The notes beneath the pieces were generated by a model. That model ran no database searches and had not been told where the DNA came from. It saw nothing but the letters and a program-made list of their open reading frames with translations. Below are positions 1-10,320 of a stretch of DNA of 64,000 nucleotides, piece after piece. The stretch's first letter is position 1; each line of letters begins with the position of its first letter. This stretch comes from an uncultured Chloroflexia bacterium. GTDB lineage: Bacteria; Chloroflexota; Limnocylindria; Limnocylindrales; CSP1-4. The position numbers and the translations under genes were made by a program. The DNA lies in the NCBI GenBank assembly GCA_963819655.1, contig CAWFXA010000002.1, positions 1,120,001 to 1,184,000 on the forward strand, given 5' to 3'.

Positions 1-839
1 CCGAGGCTGTTCTGGAAGGCGTATTTGTAGATGAGCAGCAGCACCGTCATCGTCGAGTTGGCCGGCCCGCCTGCCGTCAGGAGAAGCGGCTCGGTGAAGA
101 GCTGGGCGGTCGCGATGAGCTGCAGGAGGAGCGTCACGAACAGGACATTGCGGATCTGTGGCAGCGTGATGAACCGGATCTTCTGCCAGATCGATGCGCC
201 ATCGACCTCGGCCGCGTCGTACAGCTCCGGTCGCACCCCGACCAGGGCAGCGAGATAGATGATGACGGTCGATCCGGCCGCGGCCCAGGTCGCCTCGATG
301 ACGATCGACGGCATGGCCGTGCCTGCGCTCTGCAGCCACGGCAACGGGCCGAGTCCGAACCACCCCAGGATCGTGTTGAACACCCCGTCGGGCGACGCGT
401 TGTAGAAGAAGCGCCACAGCAGGACCGACACGACCGGCGGCACGACGACGGGGAGGTACGCCAATGCGCTGTAGACGCCGCGGTAGCGACGGACCTCGCT
501 CATGACCACGGCCAGGATGATCGGGATCGGGAAACCGAACACCAGGGCCAGGATCGCGAACCAGGCCGTGTTGCGGACCGCGATGCCGAACAGGGGATCG
601 GCCAGGACGCGCTGGAAGTTCTCGAGGCCGACGTAGATCGGCTCGGACACGAGGTTGGTGTCCTGCACGCTCATCACGAACGCACGCACGATCGGGAACC
701 AGGCGAACAGCCCGAAGATCACGAGGAACGGCAGCAGGAACACGAGCGTGCTCAGCCCGTCGCGGGTCACCCGGAAGCGCGCGATCCGGTGTCGCACGGT
801 CAGCTCGCGCGCGGGGGCGACATCAATGATCGAACCCAT
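1..839 (-). CDS. Carbohydrate ABC transporter permease (3' end runs off the window)
   Basis: Hand-translated minus strand: MGSIIDVAPARELTVRHRIARFRVTRDGLSTLVFLLPFLVIFGLFAWFPIVRAF...YVGLENFQRVLADPLF...; later ELYDAAEVDGASIWQKIRFITLPQI (EAA loop); GGAG just upstream; follows the solute-binding protein gene. Confidence 0.9.
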   Translation of the reverse strand, partial: MGSIIDVAPARELTVRHRIARFRVTRDGLSTLVFLLPFLVIFGLFAWFPIVRAFVMSVQDTNLVSEPIYVGLENFQRVLADPLFGIAVRNTAWFAILALVFGFPIPIILAVVMSEVRRYRGVYSALAYLPVVVPPVVSVLLWRFFYNASPDGVFNTILGWFGLGPLPWLQSAGTAMPSIVIEATWAAAGSTVIIYLAALVGVRPELYDAAEVDGASIWQKIRFITLPQIRNVLFVTLLLQLIATAQLFTEPLLLTAGGPANSTMTVLLLIYKYAFQNSL

Positions 840-891
840 GGCTCCCGATCGTCGGTTCCGTGGCGACGCACGTCGCGTCAAGGATAGAGAT

Positions 892-914
892 GGGCCCCGG
901 CGTTGCCGGGGCCC
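892..914 (-). terminator. Intercistronic stem-loop after the solute-binding protein gene (partial terminator or mRNA stabiliser)
   Basis: GGGCCCCGGC-GTT-GCCGGGGCCC perfect 10-bp stem between SBP and permease genes. Confidence 0.55.
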
Positions 915-930
915 GTGGTGCGCGGTGGAC

Positions 931-2355
931 TCAGCCCGCGTCGAGGATGGCCTGGATCTGGGCGTTCGCTCCATCGAGGAGCGCGTTGATGTCGGCGTTC
1001 TGGTCGGTCAGCACGGCCTGGACCACAGGGTCGAGGGCCGCGTACAGCTCCTGGGTATGGGCGACCGGCTCGGTGACGAGCGGCTGGTCGAAGATCTTCG
1101 ACGTGAATGGCGTCATCTGCGCCATCGGCACGTTGATATAGCTCTCGATCCACTTCTGGGACTCGTCGTACGTGGCCTTGTCGAAGATCGGCAGGGACGG
1201 CACGCCGACAGGCTGGTTATTGGCGGTGAGTGCCTTGGCGTCGGCCACGGCGCCTTCCTCGGTCAGCAGCTTCTGGATGTAATAGAAGTCGATCCAGGCG
1301 ACGGCCGCGTCGCGCTCCGCCTCGGTGGTCACGACGTTGACTGCGGCGAGCGTGCCACCGCCGAGGACGCCGGCATTCGGGTCGTTCTCGAGCGGGATGG
1401 TCGCGACGCCGTAGTCGTCGGGCTTGAGGCTCGCGTTCTGGATCATCCAGGTGTACAGGTCGGAGCCGCCGGTGAACATGCCGACCTGGCCGGCCGCGAA
1501 CGCCTGGTTGATGGTGCCCCACGCGTAATCGAAGGTCGCGCCCATCGAGTTGTCTTCCCAGCGCATGGCCTTGAGGCGCTCGAGGACGGCCTTCGTCTTG
1601 TCGTTGTTGACTGTCGCGGTGACCTTGCCGTCAGCCGCAACCTCCTGCATGCGTCCACCCATGGCATATGTCGACGTCGTGAGCTGCCAGCCACCGGTGT
1701 TCTCCGTGGCCATCGATGCGTAACCGGCGACGCCGGTCTTCTCGGCGATGGTCTTGGCGGCCGCGCGGACCTCGTCCCACGTCGCGGGTGGCGCGTCAGG
1801 GTCGAGCCCGGCCTGCGTGAACAGAGTCCGGTTGTAGGTCAGCGACATGCCGTATGCCGCGGTCGGCACAGCGAAGATCTTGCCGCCGGCGTCCTGGCCG
1901 TTGACGAGGACGTTCGGGTTGAACTTGTCGGCGTAGCCGTAGGAGCGGACCCGCTCGTCGATGTCTACGATCTGGTTTTGGGCGATGAGGCCCTTGCCGT
2001 CGGTGAAGGGGATCGTGAATACGTCCGGCAGCGTGCCGGCGGCCAGGGCGGCCGTAAAGGTCGGGGCCGTCCAGTTGTACTCCTCGGGCTCGACCGTGAT
2101 CCAGGGGTTCTTGGCCTCGAACTGGCCGATCTGTTCGTACAGCGCGTCGACCGCCTGCTGGGTGACGCCCGGGCGCAGGGCGCCCACGACGATCGTGACC
2201 GGTTCGCGTTCGGCAGCGCTCGGCGCAGCCGACGCGCTCGGTGCCGCTGACGGAGCGGCGCTGGGGGTGGCGCCGCCACAGGCGGCAAGCACGGTGGCGG
2301 TGGTGACGACGAACGCCGCCAGGACCGACGCCGTGCGTCGGGTAGTGGACCGCAT
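931..2355 (-). CDS. Sugar ABC transporter extracellular solute-binding lipoprotein
   Basis: Lipobox VLAAC; AALAAGTLPDVF, LTYNRTLF, PPATWDEV, FAAGQVGM motifs of family-1 SBPs; ATG at 2355 preceded by GAGGAG. Confidence 0.92.
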   Translation of the reverse strand: MRSTTRRTASVLAAFVVTTATVLAACGGATPSAAPSAAPSASAAPSAAEREPVTIVVGALRPGVTQQAVDALYEQIGQFEAKNPWITVEPEEYNWTAPTFTAALAAGTLPDVFTIPFTDGKGLIAQNQIVDIDERVRSYGYADKFNPNVLVNGQDAGGKIFAVPTAAYGMSLTYNRTLFTQAGLDPDAPPATWDEVRAAAKTIAEKTGVAGYASMATENTGGWQLTTSTYAMGGRMQEVAADGKVTATVNNDKTKAVLERLKAMRWEDNSMGATFDYAWGTINQAFAAGQVGMFTGGSDLYTWMIQNASLKPDDYGVATIPLENDPNAGVLGGGTLAAVNVVTTEAERDAAVAWIDFYYIQKLLTEEGAVADAKALTANNQPVGVPSLPIFDKATYDESQKWIESYINVPMAQMTPFTSKIFDQPLVTEPVAHTQELYAALDPVVQAVLTDQNADINALLDGANAQIQAILDAG

Positions 2356-2452
2356 CGCGTTCTCCTCTCGACTTCCCATCCAAAGCGATGGGTGGCTGGC
2401 CTGTCAACGTCCGGCGGTCGACCCGTGGTCCGGGTGGTCGCCACCGAACCCT

Positions 2453-4228
2453 TCAGCGATCGTCGGCGGGCACCCTCCTTGCTGGGTCCGTCGGCTCGTC
2501 ACGGTCCGGGCGCAGCCAGACCGTCGCGTCGGGCGGAAGGTGACCCTCCGAGACATCCGCGCTTGCCAGCAGGACCGCTTCATGAGGCGGTAGTGGCAGC
2601 GCGTCGCTGGACAGGTTGGTGATGCTGATGAAGTCCTGGCCCCGCGCGAATGCGAGGACGTCGGGTGCCGACGCCAGCCATTCGAGCGGCCCGTCCCCGA
2701 GGCCGGGTTCGGCTCGCCTGAGGCGCAGCGCCGTCCGATACAGGCTGAGCATGGACCCGGGATCGATGTCCTGCTGCGAGACCGTCAGCCCGGCCCAATG
2801 GGCGGGCTGGCTGAGCCAGGGATCACGATCGGCACCCGCAGGGCTGAAGCCGAACGGCGCGGCCGTCCCATCCCAGGGCAGGGGTACCCGGCAGCCGTCC
2901 CGACCGGGATCGACACCGCCGGACCGAGCGTGCATCGGATCCTGGATCTCGTGGAGCGGCACCTCCACCTCGTCCAGCCCGAGCTCGTCGCCCTGGTAGA
3001 TGTAGAGGGAGCCGGGCAGGGCCGCCGTGAGGAGTGCGGCAGCCCTGGCCCGGCGGCGCCCGAGCGCGGTGTCGGTGGGGGATCCGAACCGCTTGCGGGC
3101 GAATGCGAAAGAGGAGTCCGCCCGGCCGTACCGCGTCACCGGGCGCGTGACGTCGTGGTTGGACAGCACCCACGTGGCCGGTGCGCCGACCGGCGCGTGG
3201 GCGGCGAGCGTCGCGTCGATCGACTGCCGCAGGCTGGCCGTGTTCCAGGGCCGGGCCATGAAGTCGAAGTTGAACGCCGTGTGGAGCTCGTCCGGTCGGA
3301 GGTAGAGGGCGAACCGCTCGATGTCCTCGATCCACACCTCGCCGACCAGCACCCGCGTGCCGGGGTAGCTGTCGGCCACGGCGCGCCAACTTCGGTAGAT
3401 GTCGTGGAGCTCATCGCGATCGTGGATCGGGTGGGCGCCCGGCGCCGGATCGTCCGGCACCTCGGGCATCGTCGGGTCCTTGACGAGCAGCGCCGCGGAG
3501 TCGATGCGCACACCGGCGGCCCCGCGGTCGAACCAGAAGCGCAGGATCGCCTCGTGCTCCGCGCGGACGTCCGGGTGATCCCAATTGAGATCCGGCTGTT
3601 CCGCCGTGAACAGGTGCAGGTACCACTCGCCGGGCGCGCCGTCCGGGTCGGTCGTCCGGGTCCAGGTGCGGCCGCCCTTGAACTCCGACGGCCAGCCGGT
3701 CGGTGGCTCCGTGCCGTCGGCACCGCGCCCGGGACGGAACCAGAAGCGCTCCCGTTCAGCGGATCCCGATCCCGTGGCGAGTGCGCTCTGGAACCACGGG
3801 TGCTGGTCGGAGACATGGTTGGGAACGATGTCGATGATCGTCCGGATGCCGAGCGCGAGGGCATCGGCGATGAGTGCCTCGGCTTCGGCGAGGGTGCCGA
3901 AGGCGGGATCGATGGCCCGGTAGTCGGCGACGTCGTAGCCGCCGTCGGCCAGCGGCGAGACGTACCAGGGCGTGAACCAGATCGCGTCGACCCCGAGGTC
4001 GCGGAGGTAGGGGAGGCGGCTCCGGACCCCGGCCAGGTCGCCGGTCCCGTCCCCGTTCGCGTCGGCGAAGCTGCGGACGTAGACCTGGTAGATCACGGCG
4101 CTGCGCCACCATGCGGGATCGTCGCGGGGGACGAGCGCGCGGTCGGCCGGGTCGAGCTGGCGCTCGCGGGTGGCCGGTGCGACGAGCGTCGGGAGCGTGG
4201 CGAGATCGGCCATCGCCGGTTCTGTCAC
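2453..4228 (-). CDS. GH13 alpha-glucosidase / oligo-1,6-glucosidase
   Basis: WWRSAVIYQVYVRSFADANGDGTGDL, DGGYDVADY, DIVPNH, QPDLNW, GVRIDSA, GEVW, SNHD, YQGDELG, RDGCRVPLPW. Confidence 0.95.
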   Translation of the reverse strand: MTEPAMADLATLPTLVAPATRERQLDPADRALVPRDDPAWWRSAVIYQVYVRSFADANGDGTGDLAGVRSRLPYLRDLGVDAIWFTPWYVSPLADGGYDVADYRAIDPAFGTLAEAEALIADALALGIRTIIDIVPNHVSDQHPWFQSALATGSGSAERERFWFRPGRGADGTEPPTGWPSEFKGGRTWTRTTDPDGAPGEWYLHLFTAEQPDLNWDHPDVRAEHEAILRFWFDRGAAGVRIDSAALLVKDPTMPEVPDDPAPGAHPIHDRDELHDIYRSWRAVADSYPGTRVLVGEVWIEDIERFALYLRPDELHTAFNFDFMARPWNTASLRQSIDATLAAHAPVGAPATWVLSNHDVTRPVTRYGRADSSFAFARKRFGSPTDTALGRRRARAAALLTAALPGSLYIYQGDELGLDEVEVPLHEIQDPMHARSGGVDPGRDGCRVPLPWDGTAAPFGFSPAGADRDPWLSQPAHWAGLTVSQQDIDPGSMLSLYRTALRLRRAEPGLGDGPLEWLASAPDVLAFARGQDFISITNLSSDALPLPPHEAVLLASADVSEGHLPPDATVWLRPDRDEPTDPARRVPADDR

Positions 4229-4395
4229 GTCGATCCTTCCTGCAACCAGCGGATCGGTGCGGCAACGTGCCGCGGCGTTGCGGCAACGTAGCGCATTCGA
4301 CGATGCAATGCAAGAACTTGACAGAAAGTTGTTGATAACTCGACTGGAACGCCGATGGCGAGATCAGCGGTGGCACGCCGCGCGCCGCGCGGCAG

Positions 4396-5409
4396 TCAGC
4401 GAGCGGCGGCAGCGGTTCCCGTGGAGCCGCGGACGACCAGCTCCGGCTCGAACAGGAGCTCGTCGTGCGTGACAGGTGTCCCCGAGATCTGCCCGTTGAG
4501 GAGCTCGATCACCATGCGGCCCATCGGCTCGATCGGTTGGCGCACCGTCGTTAGCGGGGGCTCGGTGCAATTCATCAATGCCGAGTCGTCGAACCCGACG
4601 ACCGAGACGTCACCAGGCACGCTCAGCCCGGCGCGACGGACCGCTCGGATCGCACCGAGCGCCATCGGGTCGCTGGCGCAGATGATCCCCGTGATCCCCC
4701 GCGCGAGTAGACGCACCGCAGCAGCTTGAGCCGCCTCGAGCGAGTAGAGCGCGTGCGCGATGTCGTCCGTGCCGATCGTCAGGCCCGCGGCGGTCGCGAT
4801 CCGGCGAGCGCGGTCGATCTTGCGCCGGGACGGGACGTGGTCTCGTGGCCCCATGAGCAGCCCGATCCGTGTGTGGCCGAGCGAGATCAGGTGGCCCATC
4901 GCCTGTTCGACGGCCACCGCGTCGTCGCACGACACGCGCGGGAACGGCAGCCCATCGATGCCGGCGTTGACGAGGACCGTCGGCAGGCCGCGCTCCGCAA
5001 GCCGGCGGTAATGCCCGTGCGGCGCGTCTGCCTGGGCGTAGAGACCGCCGGCGAAAACGACCCCGGAGACCTGTTGTTGCAGGAGCAGGTCGACGTAGTC
5101 GGCCTCCGAGACGCCGCCCACGGTCTGGGTGCACAGGACCGGCGTGAAGCCCTGCTGGGCGAGGGCACCGGACACGACCTCGGCGAACGCCGGGAAGATG
5201 GGGTTCTGGAGCTCCGGCAGGACCAGGCCGACGAGGCGGGCGCGTTCACCGCGAAGCTTGGATGGGCGCTCGTAGCCGAGGACGTCGAGCGCCGTCAGGA
5301 CCGCCTGGCGGGTCGATTCCGAGACGCCCGGCTTCTCGTTCAGGACGCGGCTGACGGTCGCTTCACTGACTCCGACCTTGCGTGCGACGTCGGCGAGACG
5401 GTTGGCCAT
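4396..5409 (-). CDS. LacI-family transcriptional regulator
   Basis: N-terminal LADVARKVGVSEATVSRVLN HTH; C-terminal VSVVGFDD, PPLTTVRQP, ELVVRGST. Confidence 0.95.
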   Translation of the reverse strand: MANRLADVARKVGVSEATVSRVLNEKPGVSESTRQAVLTALDVLGYERPSKLRGERARLVGLVLPELQNPIFPAFAEVVSGALAQQGFTPVLCTQTVGGVSEADYVDLLLQQQVSGVVFAGGLYAQADAPHGHYRRLAERGLPTVLVNAGIDGLPFPRVSCDDAVAVEQAMGHLISLGHTRIGLLMGPRDHVPSRRKIDRARRIATAAGLTIGTDDIAHALYSLEAAQAAAVRLLARGITGIICASDPMALGAIRAVRRAGLSVPGDVSVVGFDDSALMNCTEPPLTTVRQPIEPMGRMVIELLNGQISGTPVTHDELLFEPELVVRGSTGTAAAAR

Positions 5410-5430
5410 GCCGCAATGGTACGCACATCA

Positions 5431-5457
5431 ACGCAAGTCTTTGCAAGTTTCTTGCGT
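5431..5457. promoter_or_regulatory. Candidate LacI operator upstream of the lacI-like gene
   Basis: ACGCAAG-TCTTTGCAAGTTT-CTTGCGT inverted repeat with overlapping GCAAG/CTTGC half-sites; a related TGCAAGAACTTG lies at 4309-4320 upstream of the GH13 gene. Confidence 0.5.
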
Positions 5458-5468
5458 GGACGGCTCTC

Positions 5469-8044
5469 TCAGGCGTCCCGGAGGACGATGTTGATGAGCT
5501 TGCCTCCGCCGGCCGTGATGACGCGATCGGGCGTTCGGCCAGCCAGGATCGCGGCGATCTTCGGGCTGGCCAGGACCTCGGACTCGAGCTGCTCCGGCGT
5601 GGCATCGGCAGCCACAATGACCTTGTCGCGCAGCTTGCCGTTGACCTGGACCGGCACCTCGCGAACCGACACGGTGATTGCCGTTTCGTCGATCTCAGGC
5701 CACCGCTCCTCGTGGATCGACGACCAGGGTCGGCCGGCGGCCTCGGCCCCCCGGGCCCAGATCTCCTCCGTGATGTGCGGGGCGGCGGGAGCCAGCATCA
5801 ACAACAGCAGCCGGATCGCCTCATCCCACTCCGCGTCGCCGGCGACGGGACTGCCGCGGTAGCGGTACAGCGTGTTCGACAGCTCCATCAGCTTCGCGAT
5901 CATCGTGTTGAAGCGGAAGCCTTCGTAGTCCTCGGTGACGTCGCGCAGGGTCCGATGGGCCGCGGCCCGGATCGTGGCCGCCGCATCGGCGGCGCTTTCA
6001 CCGGCCGGCAGTCGACCGGCATCCGGGTCGCCGTGCTCGCGGCCGTGCGGATCGATCGCCAGCGTCCAGACCCGGTTCAGGAAGCGGTGGACCCCGCCGA
6101 TCCCCGTGGGGCTCCACGGGCCGCCCTGATCCCACGGGCCCATGAACATCAGGAACAGGCGGACCGTGTCGGCGCCGTACTGCTCGACCAGCGCGTCGGG
6201 GTCCTCGACGTTGCCGCGGGACTTCGACATGCGCTCGCCGTCGGCGCCCAGGATCTGCCCCTGGTTGAACAGGCGGCGGAACGGCTCGTGGTCGGCGATC
6301 AGGCCACAGTCCCGCATCGCCTTCGTCCAGAACCGGCTGTACAGCAGGTGCATCACGGCGTGCTCGGCACCACCCGTGTACTGGTCGACCGGCGTCCAGA
6401 TGTCGGCCATCTCGCGGTCGACCGGGCCGTCTATCTTGTCGGGCGACAGGTAGCGATACCAGTACCACGACGAATCGACGAATGTGTCCATGGTGTCGGT
6501 CTCGCGCCGGGCCGGCTCCCCGCAGATCGGGCAGGCAACGTTCAGAAACGCCTCGTCCTTGGTCAACGGGTTCGTCCCGCTGCCGTGATAGTCGACATCC
6601 TCTGGCAGCCGGACCGGCAGGTCCTCGTCGGGCACTGGCACGATGCCGTCGCGCCCGCAGTAGACGACCGGGATCGGCGTGCCCCAGTAGCGCTGGCGAC
6701 TGATCAACCAGTCGCGCAATCGATAGGTGACCTTCGGCTCGGCCTTGCCCTCTTCGGCCAGCCACTCGACGATCCCCCGGCCGCCCTCGTCGGCGGGCAT
6801 GCCGTCGAAGCGACCGCTGTTGACCAACCGCTCGCCTGCGGTGTGCGCGACGTAGGCGTCGGTCATCGGATCGCCGGCCTCGGTGCCGGGAGCTGCCACG
6901 ACACGCCGGATCGGCAGCCCGAACTGGCGAGCAAACGCGAAGTCACGCTCGTCGTGGGCCGGCACCGCCATGATCGCGCCGGTCCCATAGCCCGCGAGGA
7001 CGTAGTCCGCCACGAAGATCGGGATGCGCTCCTCGTTGACCGGGTTGATCGCGTCGGCGCCGAGTGCGACGCCCGTCTTTTCGCGGTCGGTCGACAGCCG
7101 GTCGATCTCGGTTCGCCGGCTTGCCTGCGACGATATAGGCGTCCACCTCGGCCTTTCGGTCGGGGGCGGTCAGCGCCGGCACGAGCGGGTGCTCGGGAGC
7201 CAGGACCATGAACGTGGCGCCGAACAGCGTGTCGGGCCGCGTCGTGAACGACCCGCAGCTCTTCGCCGCCCGGATGATGGTCGGCTGGCGCGGTCTCGAA
7301 CACGATCTCAGCCCCCTCCGACCGCCCGATCCAGTTCGTCTGCTGGATCTTGATCGGCTCGGGCCAGTCGATGCCCTCGAACGACAGCAGCTCGTCGGCG
7401 TAGTCGGTCGTCTTCAGGTACCACTGGTCGAGCTCGCGCTTCTCGACCAGTTCACCGCACCGCCAGCAGCGTCGTTCCGGGCCGACGACCTGCTCGCGGG
7501 CCAGGGTGCCGTCGTTGGGGCACCAGTCGACCGCCGACTTGGCACGGTACGCCAGGCCCTTCTCCAGGAAGCGCAGGAACAGCCACTGGTTCCACATGTA
7601 ATAGCTCGGGTCGGCGGTGACGACCTCGTGCTTCCAGCTGAACGTCGAGCCCATCGTGCGGAACTGGCGACGCATGTTCTCGATGTTGGCCATCGTCCAG
7701 GAGAACGGGTGGCCGCCCGACTTGATCGCGGCGTTCTCGGCGGGCAGCCCGAACGCATCGAAGCCGATCGGGAAGAACACGTTGAAGCCATGCATCCGCC
7801 GGAACCGTGCCAGCGCATCGCTGGGGGTGACGATGTACCAGTGACCGATGTGCAGGTCGCCCGATGGATAGGGGTACATCGTCAACATGTAGTACTTGGG
7901 CCGGCTCGCGTCGCGCAGGTCCGTCTCGTACAGGCCGAGCTCCGCCCAGCGCGCCTGCCAGCGCGGCTCGATGGCGAGGGGGTCGTAGCGCTCGACCCTG
8001 GTTCGGCTGTCGGCGGTCTCGGTCACGTTGTGCGGGTCTCTCAT
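5469..8044 (-). CDS. leuS: Leucine--tRNA ligase, with two apparent +1 frameshifts (~7250, ~7130)
   Basis: [13 protein letters not shown] (HIGH), [33 protein letters not shown] and [16 protein letters not shown] (editing domain), [20 protein letters not shown]; split over three reading frames. Confidence 0.95.
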
Positions 8045-8106
8045 GGTCGCTGGATACGGTTCACCCCCCGCCGTCGGCGAGGGGTGATGGTCGGCGGTTC
8101 GTCGGC

Positions 8107-8182
8107 TGGTGGAGCTACGGGGACTCGAACCCCGGACCCCCTGCATGCCATGCAGGTGCTCTTCCAGCTGAGCTATAGCCCC
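8107..8182 (-). tRNA. tRNA-Ala(GGC)
   Basis: GGGGCTATAGCTCAGCTGGAAGAGCACCTGCAT-GGC-ATGCAGGGGGTCCGGGGTTCGAGTCCCCGTAGCTCCACCA; G3:U70, encoded CCA. Confidence 0.97.
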
Positions 8183-8235
8183 ACGGAGGGCGGATTGTAG
8201 CAGAGGACCTCGTTCGATCCGGCGCCGAGCGAGGC

Positions 8236-9678
8236 TCAGCCGCCGACGCGCAGAGGCATCTCGTACACCGCTCCGAAGCTGTCGCTGCCTTTCGTCGCGT
8301 TGAGGCTGACGCGGACGATCCAGTCGCCCGGTGGAAGCATCCCGACCGACATGGTCACGCGCTCACCGCCATCCTCGACGAAGCCCACGTCGTTGACCTC
8401 GACGGCCGTCGGGTCCGTCCGGACGATCGCCCGATCCAGCGCCTCGACGCGTATCTGGCCGACCCGCCAGCCGTCCGTGAGCGTGAACGTCACGTCGGAA
8501 CCTGTCGGCACACCCACCACGGCGGCGCCATCGTGGGCGGAGTAGACGGCGCCGCACGAGTCACCCTGATCGCCGTGGCTGACACACGTCGCCGGTCCGG
8601 AGGTCGGACTCCCCTCCATGTCCGCGCCAGCCCACATGCCGAGCGACGGCGGGATGAACGACGGTGTCCCATGTGGGTCGGTGATGACGAGATGCCACGA
8701 GTTCCCCGGGTCCGTCGTGACGAACACCGTCGAGTCGTTCGATGGCAGCCCGATGGACGACTCGAACCCGAGCGCCGCGCCGTCACATGGCACGTCACCC
8801 GCGTCGATGAAGTCGCGCGTGCCCTCGGCGCCGATGGTCCAGCGCGCCGATCCCGTCCCGATGCAGACCATGGCGACGCGGTACACCCCCCGCGGCGGGA
8901 CGCTGCCGGCACCGCCTGCGCCTGGCGTACCGCTCGGCTCGACCCCGGCGTCGACGCGAGTGTCGAGCACGACCGTGCCGACTGGTACTGCAAACGCCGG
9001 CAGGGCGGTCGGTGCCGGATCGTTCGTGAATCCGAAGGACTCGACGAGGATCCGATATTGGGTCCGACTGGTGGCGTGGACGAGCAACTGGTCGGCGACC
9101 AGTGGCTGCATCGCGGCGAGGTCGTAGCGGAACGAGTGGATCGCGTTGTCGCAAGTGACGGTCTCCCCGGCGATCGACGTTCGATCCGGGGCGATACCCC
9201 AGGTGATCTCGACGGGATCTGGCCCGGAGCACACGAACTTGACCCCGGCTTCCCGTGCCTCCATCCGGACGCCGTCGAAGGCCGCGGCCTCGGGGACGAT
9301 CTCCGTCGAGCTCGGATCGCCCTGCTGGGTCATGACATCGAAGTCGACCGATCCGACCGTCGGTTCGAGGGCGGGCAGCAGATCAACCGGACCGCTGGTG
9401 GGCTTCAGGCTCGGCAAGACGGCCGAGGGGCCGACCGTCGGCTGTGGGGTCGCCGCGACATCGGGTCCGCGGAACGGACCGATGGCGATCGTGAACGCCG
9501 TCCCGACCGCGATCGCGGCGACGCCCGCGGCGAGCAGCCCGAACCGGCGGTTGTTTCGGTCGCGCCGGCGCAGGACGAGCCTCCGCTCGAGCTCGTCTGT
9601 GGTGACGGTCAGCGGCAGCGAGGCGGCCTCGGAGTGGAGCGTCGAGCGGAGTCGCTCTTCGATCGTCTTGTCATGCAT
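8236..9678 (-). CDS. Membrane-anchored protein, probable anti-sigma factor
   Basis: Short cytoplasmic helix (IEERLRSTLH), RRR cluster, one TM segment, Pro-rich linker and large extracytoplasmic region; overlaps the ECF sigma stop. Confidence 0.65.
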   Translation of the reverse strand: MHDKTIEERLRSTLHSEAASLPLTVTTDELERRLVLRRRDRNNRRFGLLAAGVAAIAVGTAFTIAIGPFRGPDVAATPQPTVGPSAVLPSLKPTSGPVDLLPALEPTVGSVDFDVMTQQGDPSSTEIVPEAAAFDGVRMEAREAGVKFVCSGPDPVEITWGIAPDRTSIAGETVTCDNAIHSFRYDLAAMQPLVADQLLVHATSRTQYRILVESFGFTNDPAPTALPAFAVPVGTVVLDTRVDAGVEPSGTPGAGGAGSVPPRGVYRVAMVCIGTGSARWTIGAEGTRDFIDAGDVPCDGAALGFESSIGLPSNDSTVFVTTDPGNSWHLVITDPHGTPSFIPPSLGMWAGADMEGSPTSGPATCVSHGDQGDSCGAVYSAHDGAAVVGVPTGSDVTFTLTDGWRVGQIRVEALDRAIVRTDPTAVEVNDVGFVEDGGERVTMSVGMLPPGDWIVRVSLNATKGSDSFGAVYEMPLRVGG

Positions 9679-10207
9679 GGCGGGCCTCCCCGAGGCTGCT
9701 GCCGACCGGGTCGGCGAGGTGGATGCGCAGTCGATCCAGCGCGGTCTGCAGCTGGGCCTTGACCGTGTTCGGGCTCTTGCCTAGCGTCGTCGCGACTTCC
9801 TCGACCGAGAGGTCGGCGTAGTAGCGCAGGACGACCGCGGCGCGCATCTGGGGCGGCAGCTCGGCGATGCCGTCGAGCAGCGCGATCCGCGTCGACGACT
9901 CGCTACCGATGTCGCCCGGGCTGGCTACGTCCGGCACGACCGACAGCCGCACGACGCGGCCGGTCCGCCGGCGCAGCCCGAGGGCGTGGTTCGTGGCGAC
10001 GCGCAGGAGCCACGCGCGCAACGCGCGTTCGTCGCGGATCGCCCCGCCGCGCTCGAAGGCGGTCAGGAGCGTCTCGATGACGACGTCCTCCGCGTCGGCC
10101 CGATCGCCCAAGATCAGGTAGGCGACGCTCTGGAGCTCTTTCCCGTAGGTCCCGAGCAGCGCCCCGAGCGTCTCGGGTCGACGCCGGCGAAGGGCATCGA
10201 CGGTCAT
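9671..10207 (-). CDS. ECF-type RNA polymerase sigma factor
   Basis: DAEDVVIETLL, LRAWLLRVATN (region 2); LPPQMRAAVVLRYYADLSVEEVATTLGKSPNTVK (region 4). Confidence 0.92.
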   Translation of the reverse strand: MTVDALRRRRPETLGALLGTYGKELQSVAYLILGDRADAEDVVIETLLTAFERGGAIRDERALRAWLLRVATNHALGLRRRTGRVVRLSVVPDVASPGDIGSESSTRIALLDGIAELPPQMRAAVVLRYYADLSVEEVATTLGKSPNTVKAQLQTALDRLRIHLADPVGSSLGEARHA

Positions 10208-10320
10208 GGTTCCATCCCTCAGGTCCCCAGTTCTCGCGACGTTGGCGGCCGCGTCGAAGGATAGATGCGTGGGGCGGCCTTTTCGGGCTAGTGGCTGGTG
10301 CGGGGTGGCATCATCCGGGC

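Noticed and set aside
5469-8044. leuS as a pseudogene, split gene or programmed frameshift
   Set aside because: All motifs are intact after removing two single bases, no slippery sequence is evident, and similar indels occur in unrelated genes
8045-8106. T-box riboswitch upstream of leuS
   Set aside because: Only about 60 bp separate the tRNA from leuS, and no T-box consensus is visible
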